In this document: positions 17,160 to 31,260 of the stretch, piece after piece | How positions within the stretch are numbered: position 1 is the stretch's first letter | How the letters are laid out: the number at the start of each line of letters is the position of its first letter | Source of the DNA: Octopus vulgaris | Lineage: Eukaryota | NCBI GenBank assembly: GCA_951406725.2 | Contig: OX597833.1 | Coordinates: forward strand, 6,448,001 to 6,512,000 | Direction of reading: 5' to 3' | DNA length: 64,000 nucleotides | Position numbers and translations under genes: made by a program | The notes under the pieces: generated by a model | Told to the model about the DNA's origin: nothing | The model's input: only the letters and a program-made list of their open reading frames with translations | The model's database searches: none

Positions 17160-17706
17160 ACGCGTAGGCTTGGACAGATATATTTGCAGACAGACTGAAG
17201 GATAGCTAGATAAAATTTATATATTTATTTATTTATTAGTCAATACATACCAAAAACCTTTTATCGTCACATACACACACATACAAACACGCATACAAAT
17301 AGATGTATCTATGTATATACACAGATATATGCCTGTGTGTGTGTGTGTGTGTGTGTGTGCATGTTTTTATATACACCCGTAAATACTTAACATGTAGAGA
17401 TTATAATTTTTAGAATTAATTAAACACCTTTCAACAAGACAAACATTTAAAAATTCGTACTTCAATGAGTATATATATAAATATATATATATATATATAC
17501 ACATATGTTTATATGCATGTATGTATACATACATACATTACACACGCGCACATATATATATATTTGCAAACATATATATATATATATACACGTAAATATA
17601 TGTGTGTGTGTGTGCTTGTTTATTTGCATATATATTGTATTACATATGTATGTATTTATTTGCATATATGTATATATGTGTATATATATATATATATATG
17701 TGTATG

Positions 17707-17798
<92 letters not shown>

Positions 17799-19060
17799 TA
17801 CATACATACACATCTTTGTGATATATTTAACTTGGTTCTTCTTCACACCGTCTTTTCACGTTTGTTCCAATTTTCATCACTCTTACACGCACGCACACAG
17901 CTACACACGCGCACACACACACACACACACACACGCACGCACACACTCGCATTACACACCTGGCAATGAATGTAGACAGTCATGCTCGAACACACAGACA
18001 CACATGCCGACGTGTTCACACATGCACAAACATATCTTCTCACACGCTTACACACGCGCATGCACACACCCACCATCTTAACACTCACACATACAAGATC
18101 ACACACATACAAACACACACGCCAGCACGCGTACATACAGACACATACGCACATACACCTGGACGTAGGTATAAACAGCCATGCTTGTACAAACACGCAC
18201 ACACATACACACATTATATACAGTGACACAGACACACCCACTTACATATACAGAACTGATAATTCTAGTTTCACTTTCGTTTTACTTTCTTTCTTGCTTT
18301 CTCTCTCTCTCTCTCACTGTCACTCTTTCTCTTCCTCCTACCACAACTTCCGCTTATTCGTCCTCTCTTTATTTCTCTCGTCTCACTATCCATTCCTTCT
18401 CTCTCTCCCTCCCTCTCTTTCTCACTCTCCCACTTCTCTACATTTCTTGCTACTTCACATTCAGCACCTCCGACCATTCCTCTTCCTCTGAGTCTTCTTT
18501 GCTCCTCACCCTTCTACTCACTCTCCTCTTCGTGTTTCTTTTCTACATTTTTCTTTGTTTTTGTTCTTTTTTCACAATTGCCGCCATTACCTCCTACTAC
18601 CTTCAAATCTCATCTTTCTTCAACCCTCCCCCTCAACAACATCTACTACTACTACTACTACTACTGTTGCTGCAAAGCAACCCAACGACAACAATACCGC
18701 CACCTCTTCCTCTCCTCCTCCTCCTTTCCCCTTTTTCTTATCGTCTTACGTCTCCTCCCCCTCCTCCTTCTCTCCCTCTTTGCTCTACCTCCCATTAGTT
18801 ATTCGGTCCGCTTCCATCTGGCATCTTCTTACCGTTTTCCTCCTTTGGAACGAAACCACAACATCGATATTTCCAGGTTAGTCGTTACTGTTGTTGTTGT
18901 TGTTGTTGGTATTATTATTATTATTATTATTATTATTGCAGTTGTTACCATTGTTATCGTAGGTATTTTATTCTGTTTCATTCAGCTTTGACGTTTTCGT
19001 GTTTTCTTTATGAATTTTTTTTACCTGTTTTGCAACATTCGCGCCATAACACACCGTTAG

Positions 19061-19093
<33 letters not shown>

Positions 19094-20342
19094 GTGTTTA
19101 CAATCATCATCATCACCATCATTATAATTGATGTTGTTGTTATTGTTGTTGTTGTTGATTGTTTGATTCCGTCATGGTATAACTACTCGAAGACTGGAAG
19201 AATTTGAACGGGGGAGATTTCTTCGGAGCACAGGTTTCTGGACGAGTGTGCTGACCACAACGACATCTAGCAGATTCTGCATCCACACCACACAAGCGTC
19301 TATTTCCGCCACCACCACCACCACCACCATCACCACCACCACCACCACCACCATCACCACCATCATCACTATTATCATCAACATTAAGAATAACAACAGC
19401 ATATCGACATCATCATCATCATCATAGTCATCATCACCACAACGATCAACACATCACCTTTAAAACTCCTACCACCACTACCACCACCACCACCACCACC
19501 ACCACCACCATCAACAACAACAACAACAACACAACCACAATATCACTACGATGTATACAAAATAACTATCACAACACCTAACAACATCGCCACCGCCACC
19601 ATTTCTACCAACACAACCTCACTGCTACCCACCCACCCATCCACCCACCCATTCGCCCACCCTTAACCCCGACAACCATCAATATCTGCAACAAAAACAA
19701 CACCATGTTCTACATGTCACCATCACGACCACACCCCATCATCACCACCACCACCACCACCACCTCCATCACCACTACCGCCATCTCTGGTAGAAACCAC
19801 AATGTGACGACGATGTAACGTCTATCTACCGCTGGATGAAGCTTAATGGTACCTATTTCTTTATGGTACCACCTCACACCGCAGTTTAGGTACCACAGTC
19901 GAAACTACACTTTCCATCGACTTCACAAGCTGGAAACCTCAGCGAACGATCTCTGGCGAGAGTTTGGCGGGGAAAGGAGCGCCTGGCCAGCAAAAAAATA
20001 GACGGTTGTGGTGGTAGTGGTGGTCGTGGATGGGTGGGTCAGAAAAGCACCAATAACAATAGCAATGATAATAAGAAGAACAGTAATAATAATAATAATG
20101 ATGATGATGATGATAGTGATGATGATTATGATAGCGACGGTGATTTGATTAAAAAATGGGGTCCGCTCAGAGCAGCGTAAATTAGGAGGAGATAAACTGA
20201 AGGAAGACGGAGGTTGCGAATGGTACGAAAATATTGCCAGGAAAAATAACATCTTTGTATGAGATACAGTAATATAGATATATATATATCTGTGTGTATG
20301 TGTGTTTGTTTAGCTGTCAGTATATATGAATATACATACATC

Positions 20343-20409
<67 letters not shown>

Positions 20410-20493
20410 CACACCTGTATAAATATTTATATATATATATATATATATATGCATTTGTGTATGTATGGCCTTGAATGTCGGTATGTGTGTGTA

Positions 20494-20532
<39 letters not shown>

Positions 20533-20639
20533 CACCTGTGCATATAAATACACACATATATATATATACATATCTACTGTGTAAATATGTTTTGTGTGTT
20601 TCTTCTGTTGTTGTGTACATACCTATATCTATGTATCAC

Positions 20640-20725
20640 TGTATCTATCTATCTTTCTCTCCCTCTCACTCTATCCATCCATCCATCTATCTATCTATCT
20701 ATATATCTATCTATCTCACTATCTG

Positions 20726-20784
<59 letters not shown>

Positions 20785-20816
20785 CTCTATCTCTCTCTAT
20801 CTATCTATCTCTCACA

Positions 20817-20851
<35 letters not shown>

Positions 20852-20900
20852 CCTGTCTATCTCTCACACTATCTATCTATCTATCTATCTATCACACTAT

Positions 20901-20933
<33 letters not shown>

Positions 20934-20937
20934 ACTA

Positions 20938-20991
<54 letters not shown>

Positions 20992-21020
20992 GCCTATCTA
21001 TCTATCTAGCTATCTGTCTA
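20640..21020. repeat. (TCTA)n microsatellite
   Basis: Directly visible. Confidence 0.95.
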
Positions 21021-21502
21021 TCTTTCTCTGTCTGTGTATCTGTCTGCCTGTCTGCCTCTATATATGTGTGTTTATGTATATATATGTACGCGTATGTGTG
21101 TGTTTACATATACATATGTGTCCATAATTTACACGGATACACACACATATGCACAATATGTGTCCCTAAGTGTATTTGTGGATAAGTGTGTGCGCGAGTG
21201 TACATGTGTGTATGTATGTGTATGCGTTTGTATGTGTGTGTGTATGTGTGTGTATACGCATACAAAACAGCGAAGGAAGTAAACAGAGGCAAATATCCCC
21301 GTTAAGAAAGTCCGAATTGCTAGAAACCGCAGCCACGTCTCCCGAAATTCACACAGTACGGCTTAAGAAACCCTCGACACATATAATATAGTCCTAGATA
21401 GACGATTCCTAAACAAAAAGAAGGCTTCGTGGAGGACATAACGTCTTTGATCCTAAGTGTTTTCAGACAGAACTAAGCTAGGCCTGCATAGATACATACA
21501 TA

Positions 21503-21542
<40 letters not shown>

Positions 21543-22589
21543 TACATACATTCACTATATATGTATATCATACATACATTCACTATATATATATATCATA
21601 CATACATTCACTATATATATATATATCATACATACATTCACTATATATATATCATACATACACTATATAGATCATACATACTTGTATACATATATACATG
21701 CATATATACACACACATACATACAATACACGCACACACATACACACACAGACTTATATAAACGAGCACGGATATACATACGTGTATACACATGGATACAC
21801 ACATATATACATGTATATATATATATATATATGTATATATACAGAACATATGCATATATATATAAATACAAACATACATATACATACATACACATGCTTA
21901 CATCATATATACAAACATACGTAAGAACATATCGATATCGATTTATCTATCTATTTGCCAATCTGTCTGTATGTCTGTCAATCTGTATGTCTGCCTGCCT
22001 GCTTATTTGTCTGTCTCTTTCTCTCTCCCCTGTATGAATATATATATATATATACTTATACATACATACATGTATATATATATACATATATATATACATA
22101 TATATATACATATATATATACATATATATATATTTACAAACACATACACACACACATATACATATAGACACCTGATCTATAACTCAAACATACGGTGGCA
22201 TTTAGTGATTTCGTAAGATCAAGGCTAGCATGAGGTTACGTTAAAATATATAATTTCACTAACGAAGACATAATTATACTAATTATATCAAACACTTAGT
22301 TATACTAAATATCTAATTGCACTAATGAACACGTGATTAAATTAAACAGTTAACGAACAACACAATATTTTGTAGATAGAGATAGGGAGATATATATGAT
22401 CTGAATTGAAAACAGAAAACAATATAATTTAATATGATATAAATAGATATGTATGTATGTATCTGTTTCCTATCTCTGAACATACCCATACTCATGTATA
22501 AATAAGTATATATATATATATATATATATATAAAAGCATACGTTATTATGTCTATAAACATTGGGTATGTTACACATACACACACACAC

Positions 22590-22631
<42 letters not shown>

Positions 22632-22699
22632 GTAATTCAATCGTTCTTATGTATTCTTGCAGACATATGTTTGTATTTCTCTGTTAGTCTGTCTGTGTT

Positions 22700-22731
<32 letters not shown>

Positions 22732-22733
22732 TG

Positions 22734-22780
<47 letters not shown>

Positions 22781-22988
22781 TCAGAAACACACAGGCTTAT
22801 ATCAAACAATAGGAATGAGTGCTCAATACCGCATCGGTTAATAAGTATTTTTTTATTTTCCGGTTTACAAGGCTACCATCTGTTTCCAAAATTCCATGTG
22901 ACAGGCTCGATAATTGTTGATAGATTTCTCTTGGCATGAAACCAACGGTGACCTTGTTAACCCACAAATAAATGTGTGTGTATACATG

Positions 22989-23023
<35 letters not shown>

Positions 23024-23107
23024 ACATAAGACACACACATACAGAGCACACATAGATACTCATATACATACACACGCTTGCACTTCACTGATGAAAACAC
23101 ACGTAGG

Positions 23108-23145
<38 letters not shown>

Positions 23146-23223
23146 GTCCCACGCTCACAAAAAAATCATACTCATCATGTGTAACAACAACAATATTAAT
23201 AACAGCAAAACCATCTCATTATC

Positions 23224-23456
23224 TATTTCTTTATTGCCCACAAGGGGCTAGACATAGAGGGGACAAACAAGGACAGACAAAGGGATTAAGTCAATTACAT
23301 CGACCCCAGTGCGTAACTGGTACTTTATTTATCGACCCCGAAAGGATGAAAGGCAAAGTCGACCTCGGCGGAATTTGAACTCACAACGTAACGACAGACG
23401 AAATACGGCTACGCATTTCGCCCGGCGTGCTAACGTTTCTGCCAGCTCGCCGCCTT
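23224..23456 (-). mobile_element. SINE family A, full length, 17-bp TSD
   Basis: TSD AAAACCATCTCATTATC at 23207-23223 and 23457-23473; B-box-like GAGTTCAAATTCC; central GCCTTTCATCCTTTCGGGGTCGAT domain. Confidence 0.93.
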
Positions 23457-24266
23457 AAAACCATCTCATTATCCCCACCATCAACCCATCACCACAACCA
23501 CCTCTCACCACCATTATTATAAAATATTCCTAGAATCTGCAAACTGGACAAAATAACAGCAATTTAAAAGCCCAACAAAACTGAAACGAAATAACATCAG
23601 ACGAGCCCATTACTCTTCTGTGTTGACCCATTTAAATTCTAGAAATGCTAACCCTTGTTGTCACACGCCTATACATCCCTTTATCTAAATCCTGACAGAG
23701 ATTGGCATCCCTCTGCTTACCGACTGCCCTATTCCCAAACCGAATGTAGAATATACGTTGCCTTCAATAACAAAACCTTTCCATACGCACCATTCTAGTT
23801 ACCATTGTTATTAGCAAATATTTCGACCCCATTCTCCATATTCAACTCACAGACAAATACTCAATACTCAGTTAAAAGATAACACCAGTTACTCGACTAT
23901 AATCGAACTTGTAGGTGACAAAGTCTACGCAGTGTACAAGAACAACGCCTCTAATATTTGCGGTTTCTTGATTGGTTGAGTACAACAAGGACATATTATC
24001 TCACCTGTTCGTTTTGAAGTATACCAACACAGTTATTCCGCTCAGAGGAAAACATACAGACAGCCCCATTCATAGATGACATCTCGCTAACATTTCCCAA
24101 GATTCCCCAGACACTGTTACATAACGAATCCAGCCTTTCTTAAAATAACCCAGAAATCTGGTCTCACAGGCTTCAAGTAACACCTCCTTATTCAATTCTT
24201 CTTCTTCTTCCTTGTTACCAGAGAGCCTCAGATACAACCAACCGTTACACTCAACAGCATAGATAA

Positions 24267-24498
24267 GGCGTCGAGCTGGCAGAAACGTTAGCACGCCGGG
24301 CGGAATGCCTAGCGGTACTTCGTCTGTCGCTACGTTCTGAGTTCAAATTCCACCGAGGTCGACTTTACCTTTCATCCTTTCGGGGTCGATTAAATAAGTA
24401 CCAGTTACGCACTGGGTGTCGATATAATCGACTTAATCCGTTTGTCTGTCCTTGTTTGTCCCCTCTGTGTTTAGCCCCTTGGGGGTAGTAAAGAAATA
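24267..24498 (+). mobile_element. SINE family A, full length, 11-bp TSD
   Basis: Near-identical to the 23224 copy in opposite orientation; AGCATAGATAA/AGCATAAATAA flanks. Confidence 0.9.
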
Positions 24499-25609
24499 AG
24501 CATAAATAAACCTCACACTGAAAAATTGAATTCAATAACTCTACTACATTCACAACACATATTGAAGACAGTAAAGGAAGCCAAACGAGGCACACACACA
24601 CACGCACACATATACACACACACACATACATACACACACACACACACAGTGGTCAGAGGGGCCATTTTCTCCAACAGAAAAGACGCAACGCCAATGGTTT
24701 ACAAACCATGTATTCCTCATGAACTGCGCAAGTTCTCTCTGGGCCGCTAATGTCTCCGCAGCAAATCGCTTTTTGCTACTAGGAACACAATCTAACACAA
24801 AACCAATTATGACACCCACGATAATTGCTTCATTACGCCAGATTAGAGCCGTCTCATTTATTCTTTGTTCAATTCATCTCCATTTAACATCACAGACCTA
24901 TTTGTTCGGAGATGACCCCTTAACACCGGCTGATGATGATTATAAAACGCCTGCAACAAACATGGCGGTCTGAACTCAGCCACTCTCCAAGAATGATTGG
25001 ATCTTTCTGTAGAATGACAGTCTTAAGCATTAGCATATTTTGCGAATGCAGAGATCAAAGGCGATAATCCAGAGATTATTTCTGAAGTATGTGTGTATGT
25101 TTTCATAGGATTAACACAAAGCCTGCTTTTGAACGACAAACGTATCCACAAACATCACACATCTAGTTCTTCGGATTATCAGGCAACTTCAGAACGGTGC
25201 CTTGACGTAAGGCACGTTTTACTTTGACATATTCAATCTACCATTTCTGAAACACTGCATCCTTTCCTAACAGAAATCCATCTTATCATTCCAATTTACC
25301 GTCAGCTCTTCCTTGTCCCACCCGTTTATCCTCGGTTGCTTTTTTGTTTTTGCTTTTTGGTTGCTGTTTGCAGTTTATGCAACCCTTGCATCTATTTTCA
25401 AGCTTACTCGTAGATGCTTTCCAATTTCCATTTCACGTCAGAAAAGCTGTTTTGTGGAATCGTTCATTGAGTTTCCATAAATGTTCTTTGCAGTATATTT
25501 GTGCCTCAGTGATTTGATATTCAAAGGTGAGACAGTCAGCTTTCTCTGGAACATCTCAAAGGTGTCTGCTATTAATATTTATCATTTTAATATTAACTCT
25601 ACTCAAAGC

Positions 25610-25820
25610 AGCAATCTTGCAGAATCATTACTGCGCCGGACAAAATGCCTAGTGGCATTTCTTCCGACTTCACGTTTTGAGTTCGGAAACCGGGGTCGAT
25701 TTTGCCTTTCAGCCTCTCGAGGGCCTTTAAAATAAGTCCTTGTTGTGTACAGCAGTCAATGTAATCGAATTATCGTCTCTTCCGAAATTGCTGGCCTTAT
25801 GCCACACTTTGAAACCAATC
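25610..25820 (+). mobile_element. Old SINE family A-related copy
   Basis: GCAGAATCATTA..CGCCGGACAAAATGCC..GAGTTC..GGTCGATTTTGCCTTTC resembles the family A head and centre. Confidence 0.55.
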
Positions 25821-25899
25821 TTAGCTCTGCTCCTCAAGCACTGAGGTGCAGAGTTACTTCGGGCGAATAACGAAGGGCGGTGAGGGCATAAAAACATGT

Positions 25900-26335
25900 C
25901 TGATTTGAATGGTGAGACTACCATCTGACCACATGACATTTCCTTCACTGGACGATACCTCAACTTCAACTCCCACCATTCATACAGTGTAAAGAGAGAG
26001 ATTGCTCAGTACCTAAAACATCGAGCAAAGAATATAAGTAGCGATCGTGATGCACACCACGAAGAAATGATCTATTAAGCAACAACCACCCCGAAAACAT
26101 ACTCTCCACTCCAATTATGAAGAAAAGAGAGGATGAAACCGATAAATTGTCCACAGTCTGTCTTACCCTATGTGAAAGGCCTCTCCGAAAAGATACAAAA
26201 GATATGCAGCCCATATGACATCAGGACACTATTCAAGAGTAATAAAACACTTGGCAAATATCTCCTTCGAGTAAAACCACCAAAAGAAGAGAATATGACC
26301 AAAGACTGCGTGTACTCCATCCCATGCAGCTGTGG
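25900..26335 (+). mobile_element. Penelope/Poseidon-type PLE fragment (RT C-terminus, linker, start of GIY-YIG)
   Basis: DLLSNNHP then SVLPYVKGLSEKIQKICSPYDIRTLFKSNKTLGKYLLRVK...CVYSIPCSCG, typical of the PLE RT-EN linker; truncated before YIG. Confidence 0.85.
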
Positions 26336-26574
26336 TTGGAAGCATAGTTCTTGTTATTCAGCCTCTCCTGCACCGAAGAATCCGATGCAAACAGTCCTTT
26401 GTCAGTCAAATATTCTTGGCTGTTTACAGTGTTAGGTTGGCTGTGAGTGAAGACATCGACCGTTTTGTCTTCGAGTCTTAGGACTCGTGGAACCAGTTAT
26501 CCAGGTTCCAAGATAAGGAATTGACTGAGATTCCAACATTCTTCTTGAAAGAGATTCCAATCCATTGCAGAGTT

Positions 26575-26776
26575 CGATGGCAGCAATTTTAAGGGGAAGG
26601 GGCCAGTCGATTACATCGAATCCACTGCTTGACTGGTATTGTATTTTATCGATCACGAAAGGACGAACGGCAATGTTGACCTCGGTGGGGTTTGAACTCA
26701 GAACGTAAAGAACCGGAAGAAATGCTGCTAAGCATATTGTTCGGGGTTCTGTTCGATTCTGCCAGCTCATTGCCTT
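26575..26776 (-). mobile_element. Old SINE family A-related copy
   Basis: GACTGGTATTGTATTTTATCGATCACGAAAGGA..GACCTCGG..TTTGAACTCAGAACGTA..TTCTGCCAGCTC. Confidence 0.7.
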
Positions 26777-28101
26777 ATTTAGAAGTGTACATCCAATAAA
26801 TGCATCAAATAACGTTCAACGGATTTAGCAATTAGAAATCTTTTGAGTGTAACTTGCTGGATCATGAAATAAATATAATGTAAGGAATTTAAATCCCTGC
26901 ATAGAGTTAATGTATGCCACCCAACACCAGAGCGAAGGTTGGTGCCATTTGTTGGGTAGAACATAAACATGTTATATAAGAAAAGTGAAAGAGGGAGAGA
27001 GAGTGACTGACTCACTGAAACAAATGATACAGATTCCTCTGGACGGCTTAATGGCTCTCTGACTTGAGATTGAAATTGGCAGTTTTTATAGCTGCAAGCC
27101 ATCCTTCTAGAATCTTCGACCAAACTGGTTGGCGTAATTTGCCTTTGAAGTTTACTGCGTCAATCATAATAAGTCAATCAGTGTTGAGTGGTCGAGCCAT
27201 ATTCACGTAATTGTTAATGCCTTTTATGGTAACACTTTTTTCTTTTATGGAGAAACGCTATTTCATGATTGTAGGTTGGGGAAATCTGAGAGTTATGGTT
27301 CAGAATTCGTCAGAGGCCCCGCTGTTGTCCTGTACGTCTGTTTATAGACGATCTGAGCAGCTACTTATGGCTGATCTTTCCAAAATTGAGATGGTGGATA
27401 CTTCTTCCATGGAAACCACAAATCACCGAGGCATCTTCTCAAGAGCAAGAGTGTAGAAGTTGATAATTTAAGGAGAGGACACAGCACATAGTGAGACAGT
27501 GATTGTAGTGGGTTGGTGAGGGAATCAGTGGTCAAAAGTAATTGTGTATGTGCGTTTGTTTGTGTGTGTTTGTGTGTGTGTGTATGTGTGTGTGTGTGTG
27601 TGTGTATGGGTGCGAGCGTCTGTGTTGTTTCCACTGTTGTTGTGTTGATCCAGATCTTCTTTGAACGATAAAGGCCGAACGATGAGAGTCGATCCTCAGT
27701 CCCGACTTCACACGTTTCTGCTTACCTAAAGGACCATACTGTGTGCCCCCACCTCCGTGCACCAAGTATCCGGGGTAGTGCTGTATACTCTATAAATATT
27801 GCCTTTTTTCGTCAGCCCAAACCATTCCTCCAAGCCTATAGATTCTTGCTGTCATCACGGCGGAGTTTGGTAACACACTCGTCGTCAGGACGTTTCAGTC
27901 ACGGCTCCTTGGATATCATTTACAGTTGTCTGCATCATGAGATAAGTGTTTGGGACCAACGAGGCCATCGGCGTCGCAGATTCAGATTATCTTCGGTATT
28001 TCCTGTGTTTCTTTAGGTTAATTAGGAAACAGAGTGTATTAAGGATGTTGTTGGGGTGGGCGGGTGGAAATGCAGGTTGTAAATGTGTCTCATTGTTAAG
28101 C

Positions 28102-28531
28102 AGGCGCAGGAGTGGTTGTGTGGTAAGTAGCTTGCTAACCAACCACAGGGTTCCGGGTTCAGTCCCACTGCGTGGCATCTTGGGCAAATGTCTTCTACTA
28201 TAGCCCCGGGCCGACCAATGCCTTGTGAGTGGATTTGGTAGACGGAAACTGAAAGAAGCCCGTCGTATATATGTATATATATGTATATATATATGTGTAT
28301 GTGTGTATATGTTTGTGTGTCTGTGTTTGTCCCTCTAGCATTGCTTGAGAACCGATGCTGGTGTGTTTACCTCCCCGTCACTTAGCGGTTCGGCAAAAGA
28401 GACCGATAGAATAAGTACTGGGCTTACAAAAGAATAAGTCCCGGGGTCGATTTGCTCGACTAAAGGCGGTGCTACAGCATGGCCGCAGTCAAATGACTGA
28501 AACAAATAAAAGAGTAAAAGAGTAAAAGAGT
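28102..28531 (+). mobile_element. SINE family B, full length (tRNA head, CORE-like TTGGGCAA segment, internal microsatellite, LINE-like tail)
   Basis: GGCGCAGGAGTGGTTGTGTGG head, GGGTTCAGTCCC B-box-like, tail GGCGGTGCTACAGCATGGCCGCAGTCAAATGACTGAAAC + (AGTAAAAG)n; multiple copies in the window. Confidence 0.9.
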
Positions 28532-28544
28532 TGAAACGTGAGAA

Positions 28545-28695
28545 TCGTGACCTAATAGTTAAGATGTTGGGGTCGCGATCATAAGACCGTAGGTTCGAAT
28601 CCTTAGCCGCTACATCTCTATAATGAGTCTGTCTTGGAGCCGGGCATTTCGTTTCCCGTTGCTTCATTTAGCTAAAATGAGTACCAGTCGAGTAG
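28545..28695 (+). mobile_element. Diverged tRNA-derived SINE head
   Basis: GTGACCTAATAGTTAAG..GGTTCGAATCC B box, then AAAATGAGTACC. Confidence 0.5.
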
Positions 28696-28929
28696 TGCCG
28701 CTGCCCTCACTCACTTCTTCACCTCCTCCATCTAGCTATTACATTCTATATAAGTGGTTCTCAACTGAGGTTCATACGACCCTTGGGGATCCATAAACAT
28801 GCTTTTTGTTTTGATGTGATGTTTTCCACAGTTATAATGTGTGGCCACTTTTGTGACTGCAGCTGTTCTGTCTACTTTCGTAGCAACGGTATTTTCTTGG
28901 TATCGGACACAGTGCATCTCTTCTATACC

Positions 28930-29104
28930 TATTTCTTTACTGCCCACAAGGGGCTAAACACAGAGGGGACAAACAAGGACGGACAGACAAACGGATTAAG
29001 TCGATTATATCGACCCCAGTGCGTAACTGGTACTTATTTAATCGACCCCGAAAGGATGAAAGGCAAAGTCGACCTCGGCGGAATTTGAACTCAGAACGTA
29101 GCAA
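28930..29104 (-). mobile_element. SINE family A, 5'-truncated, 15-bp TSD
   Basis: TSD CATCTCTTCTATACC at 28915-28929 and 29105-29119. Confidence 0.92.
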
Positions 29105-29699
29105 CATCTCTTCTATACCGGAATGGTAATACACCGCTTCGTCTATCGTGATATTGCTGATAGCTCTGCAAGACACCGACTTTGAACCGTCTAGCTTGAC
29201 TGTGACTCGAACTCGACTATAACACGTAACTGACACTTAACTCCAACTGAGAACTCGTACAACGATTCTACAACGACTGACACACGACTCTCCATACTGG
29301 TTGACGTCGTCTCACTTGACAGTGGCTGGTCCATACCACTTGACTCGTGGGAGGGGTGTACCATTTCCACTACAACACTTTTGTAGTTAAAAATTTATCT
29401 GTAATAAATTGCTTTTGCTTCTAAAATACACAAAATATTCCAAATAATATTTAGTAGTAAAAATATAATGGGTTTTTTTAAAACATCGAATTGCTATGAG
29501 GGCTCAGAAGAGTGAAAGAAATCCATAGTTTAAAAAATGGTCGAGGCTCACTGTTCTCGATGTTTCGCTGGCAAAATGGGTCACAGCATCGAGAGGGTGT
29601 CTATGTCTACGGGCGACTCCACGGGAAACAATCAGCGAAAGCAAGGGACGGCTGTAGTGGTATAGCAGTGTGGAAATGAATTTACATTTAGTCACGGGG

Positions 29700-31260
29700 G
29701 TTTGCACGAGTTGAAGCTTGTAACAACAAACTGTGTCCCGCAGCTGGTCTTTCGATATTAGTATATTTGTTTTATTGAGTATTTGCTATGTAGACGTGGT
29801 CTGCCTGAGATTTGTTACGAGGCGTCGATTGTTGCCTCGTGTACTTCCGTAGTTTTTTGTCGTGGCTTCGTGGTTCGATTAAGTACTATCGGTGATAGAT
29901 CGAATGTATTGTTTGTTTCGCCATTGCTTCTGTTTCCTTCTCTTGACCAAAACTGGTACTTCTGATTGCCCTAAGTATGTGTGTGGCTCATTTCGATTTA
30001 TTCATGTATGTCCTCTGTGCGTTACAAAAGCCTTTGTATGTTGTGAATGTGAATGCATGTAATAACTCTTAGCTTTGCCTTCGGTGTGTGTGTGTGTTTG
30101 CGTGATATGTTAACGTTCTTGAATGTGGTGACCGTTTGTATATGATGTCCTCTAATGTTGCAGGCAACAAAGAGGGCGGTGGATATGGCAGGAGCTGCTT
30201 TAAGTCTATTTTTGTAGAGCCAGGTTTGTAGGTAATGTAAATAGCGATTGTATGGTTGCGCAGCTGTGTCTGTCGAATGGCGGTAGAATGTGAATGCGAC
30301 GTCGTCGATGGTTGAGGCTGTCTTCATGTTTTGTGGAAAGTGTGGGAAGGTCGTTTATCAATTGGTTGAAATTTTCGAGAAATATCTCAGAAAATAATTT
30401 CTTTGGTAGTGCATTGTGGGTATATTAGTTGAAGCTGTGATTGCGACATGTGTATAGTGCAACTCTTATAGATGATGGTGATGATGATGATGATGATGTT
30501 GGTGGTGGCGGTAATGGCGTTAATTACTCTAAATAGTATTTTACTGTTAGTACAGCCGTTTATATCAGATACGAATGTTTCCTGGTTAACTGTCTTTTTA
30601 ACCATTTATATTTTATTATTTTTCCTTATTTCCTTGTATATTTGTTTGATGTCGAGGTCTATTTTGATTTAGATGTGTTTGCGGTCGGCTCTGGCTTTCG
30701 CGAGGTTCGCTATTTCTGATTTAGAACTCGCTTCTATTCTTTTATGTTGCCTTACGTGAGTTATGTTCTTTTTAGATGTGTCTATAATTATTTCGTTTAA
30801 ATCTTTCCACTGAAGTGCTTGCGTTCGTGATTGTGATGACATCGAATGTACAGCATTCTAGCACCCACGATGATGATTATGATGCTACAGAATGCAATGT
30901 TCCATTATGTCTCTGCTGGTGATTGTGGCGTTGCTGGACGTATTGTACTGTAATGTCTATATTAGCGGTAGCGGAGTCGTTGAAATTCTGAAAACCTTGA
31001 TTCTGTTTCTTTGAAGAACTCATTCCATTGTGCTTTTATTTATTCTTTTCCAAAATTATAAAAGTATTTTTACTTTCTTCTTTGATGAGGGATTATGTTA
31101 TGATATTAATTACTGGGTAGTCAGAAGCGAGTTAGGAAATTTAGGAATCGTTTGCTGCGTGGTTGCGGTGGTTAAACATGAGGAGCAATAGGTGGCGTCC
31201 GGAGAGGAGTTGTATTTGGTTTGGTTAAGTATGTGTGTGTGTTGGTATAAATTGTTTAAG
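29700..31260 (-). mobile_element. Ancient decayed LINE ORF2 (APE endonuclease end + RT), Jockey/I-group-like
   Basis: Remnant motifs in the expected order on the minus strand: SSPDAT (~31200), LASDYPVI (~31120; SDH motif), DDVAFTF...YLHYLQTWLYKNRLKAAPAIST (~30300-30180). Confidence 0.6.

Noticed and set aside
19150-19310. Short unique segment as a coding exon
   Set aside because: No recognisable protein in any frame and no consistent acceptor/donor pair.
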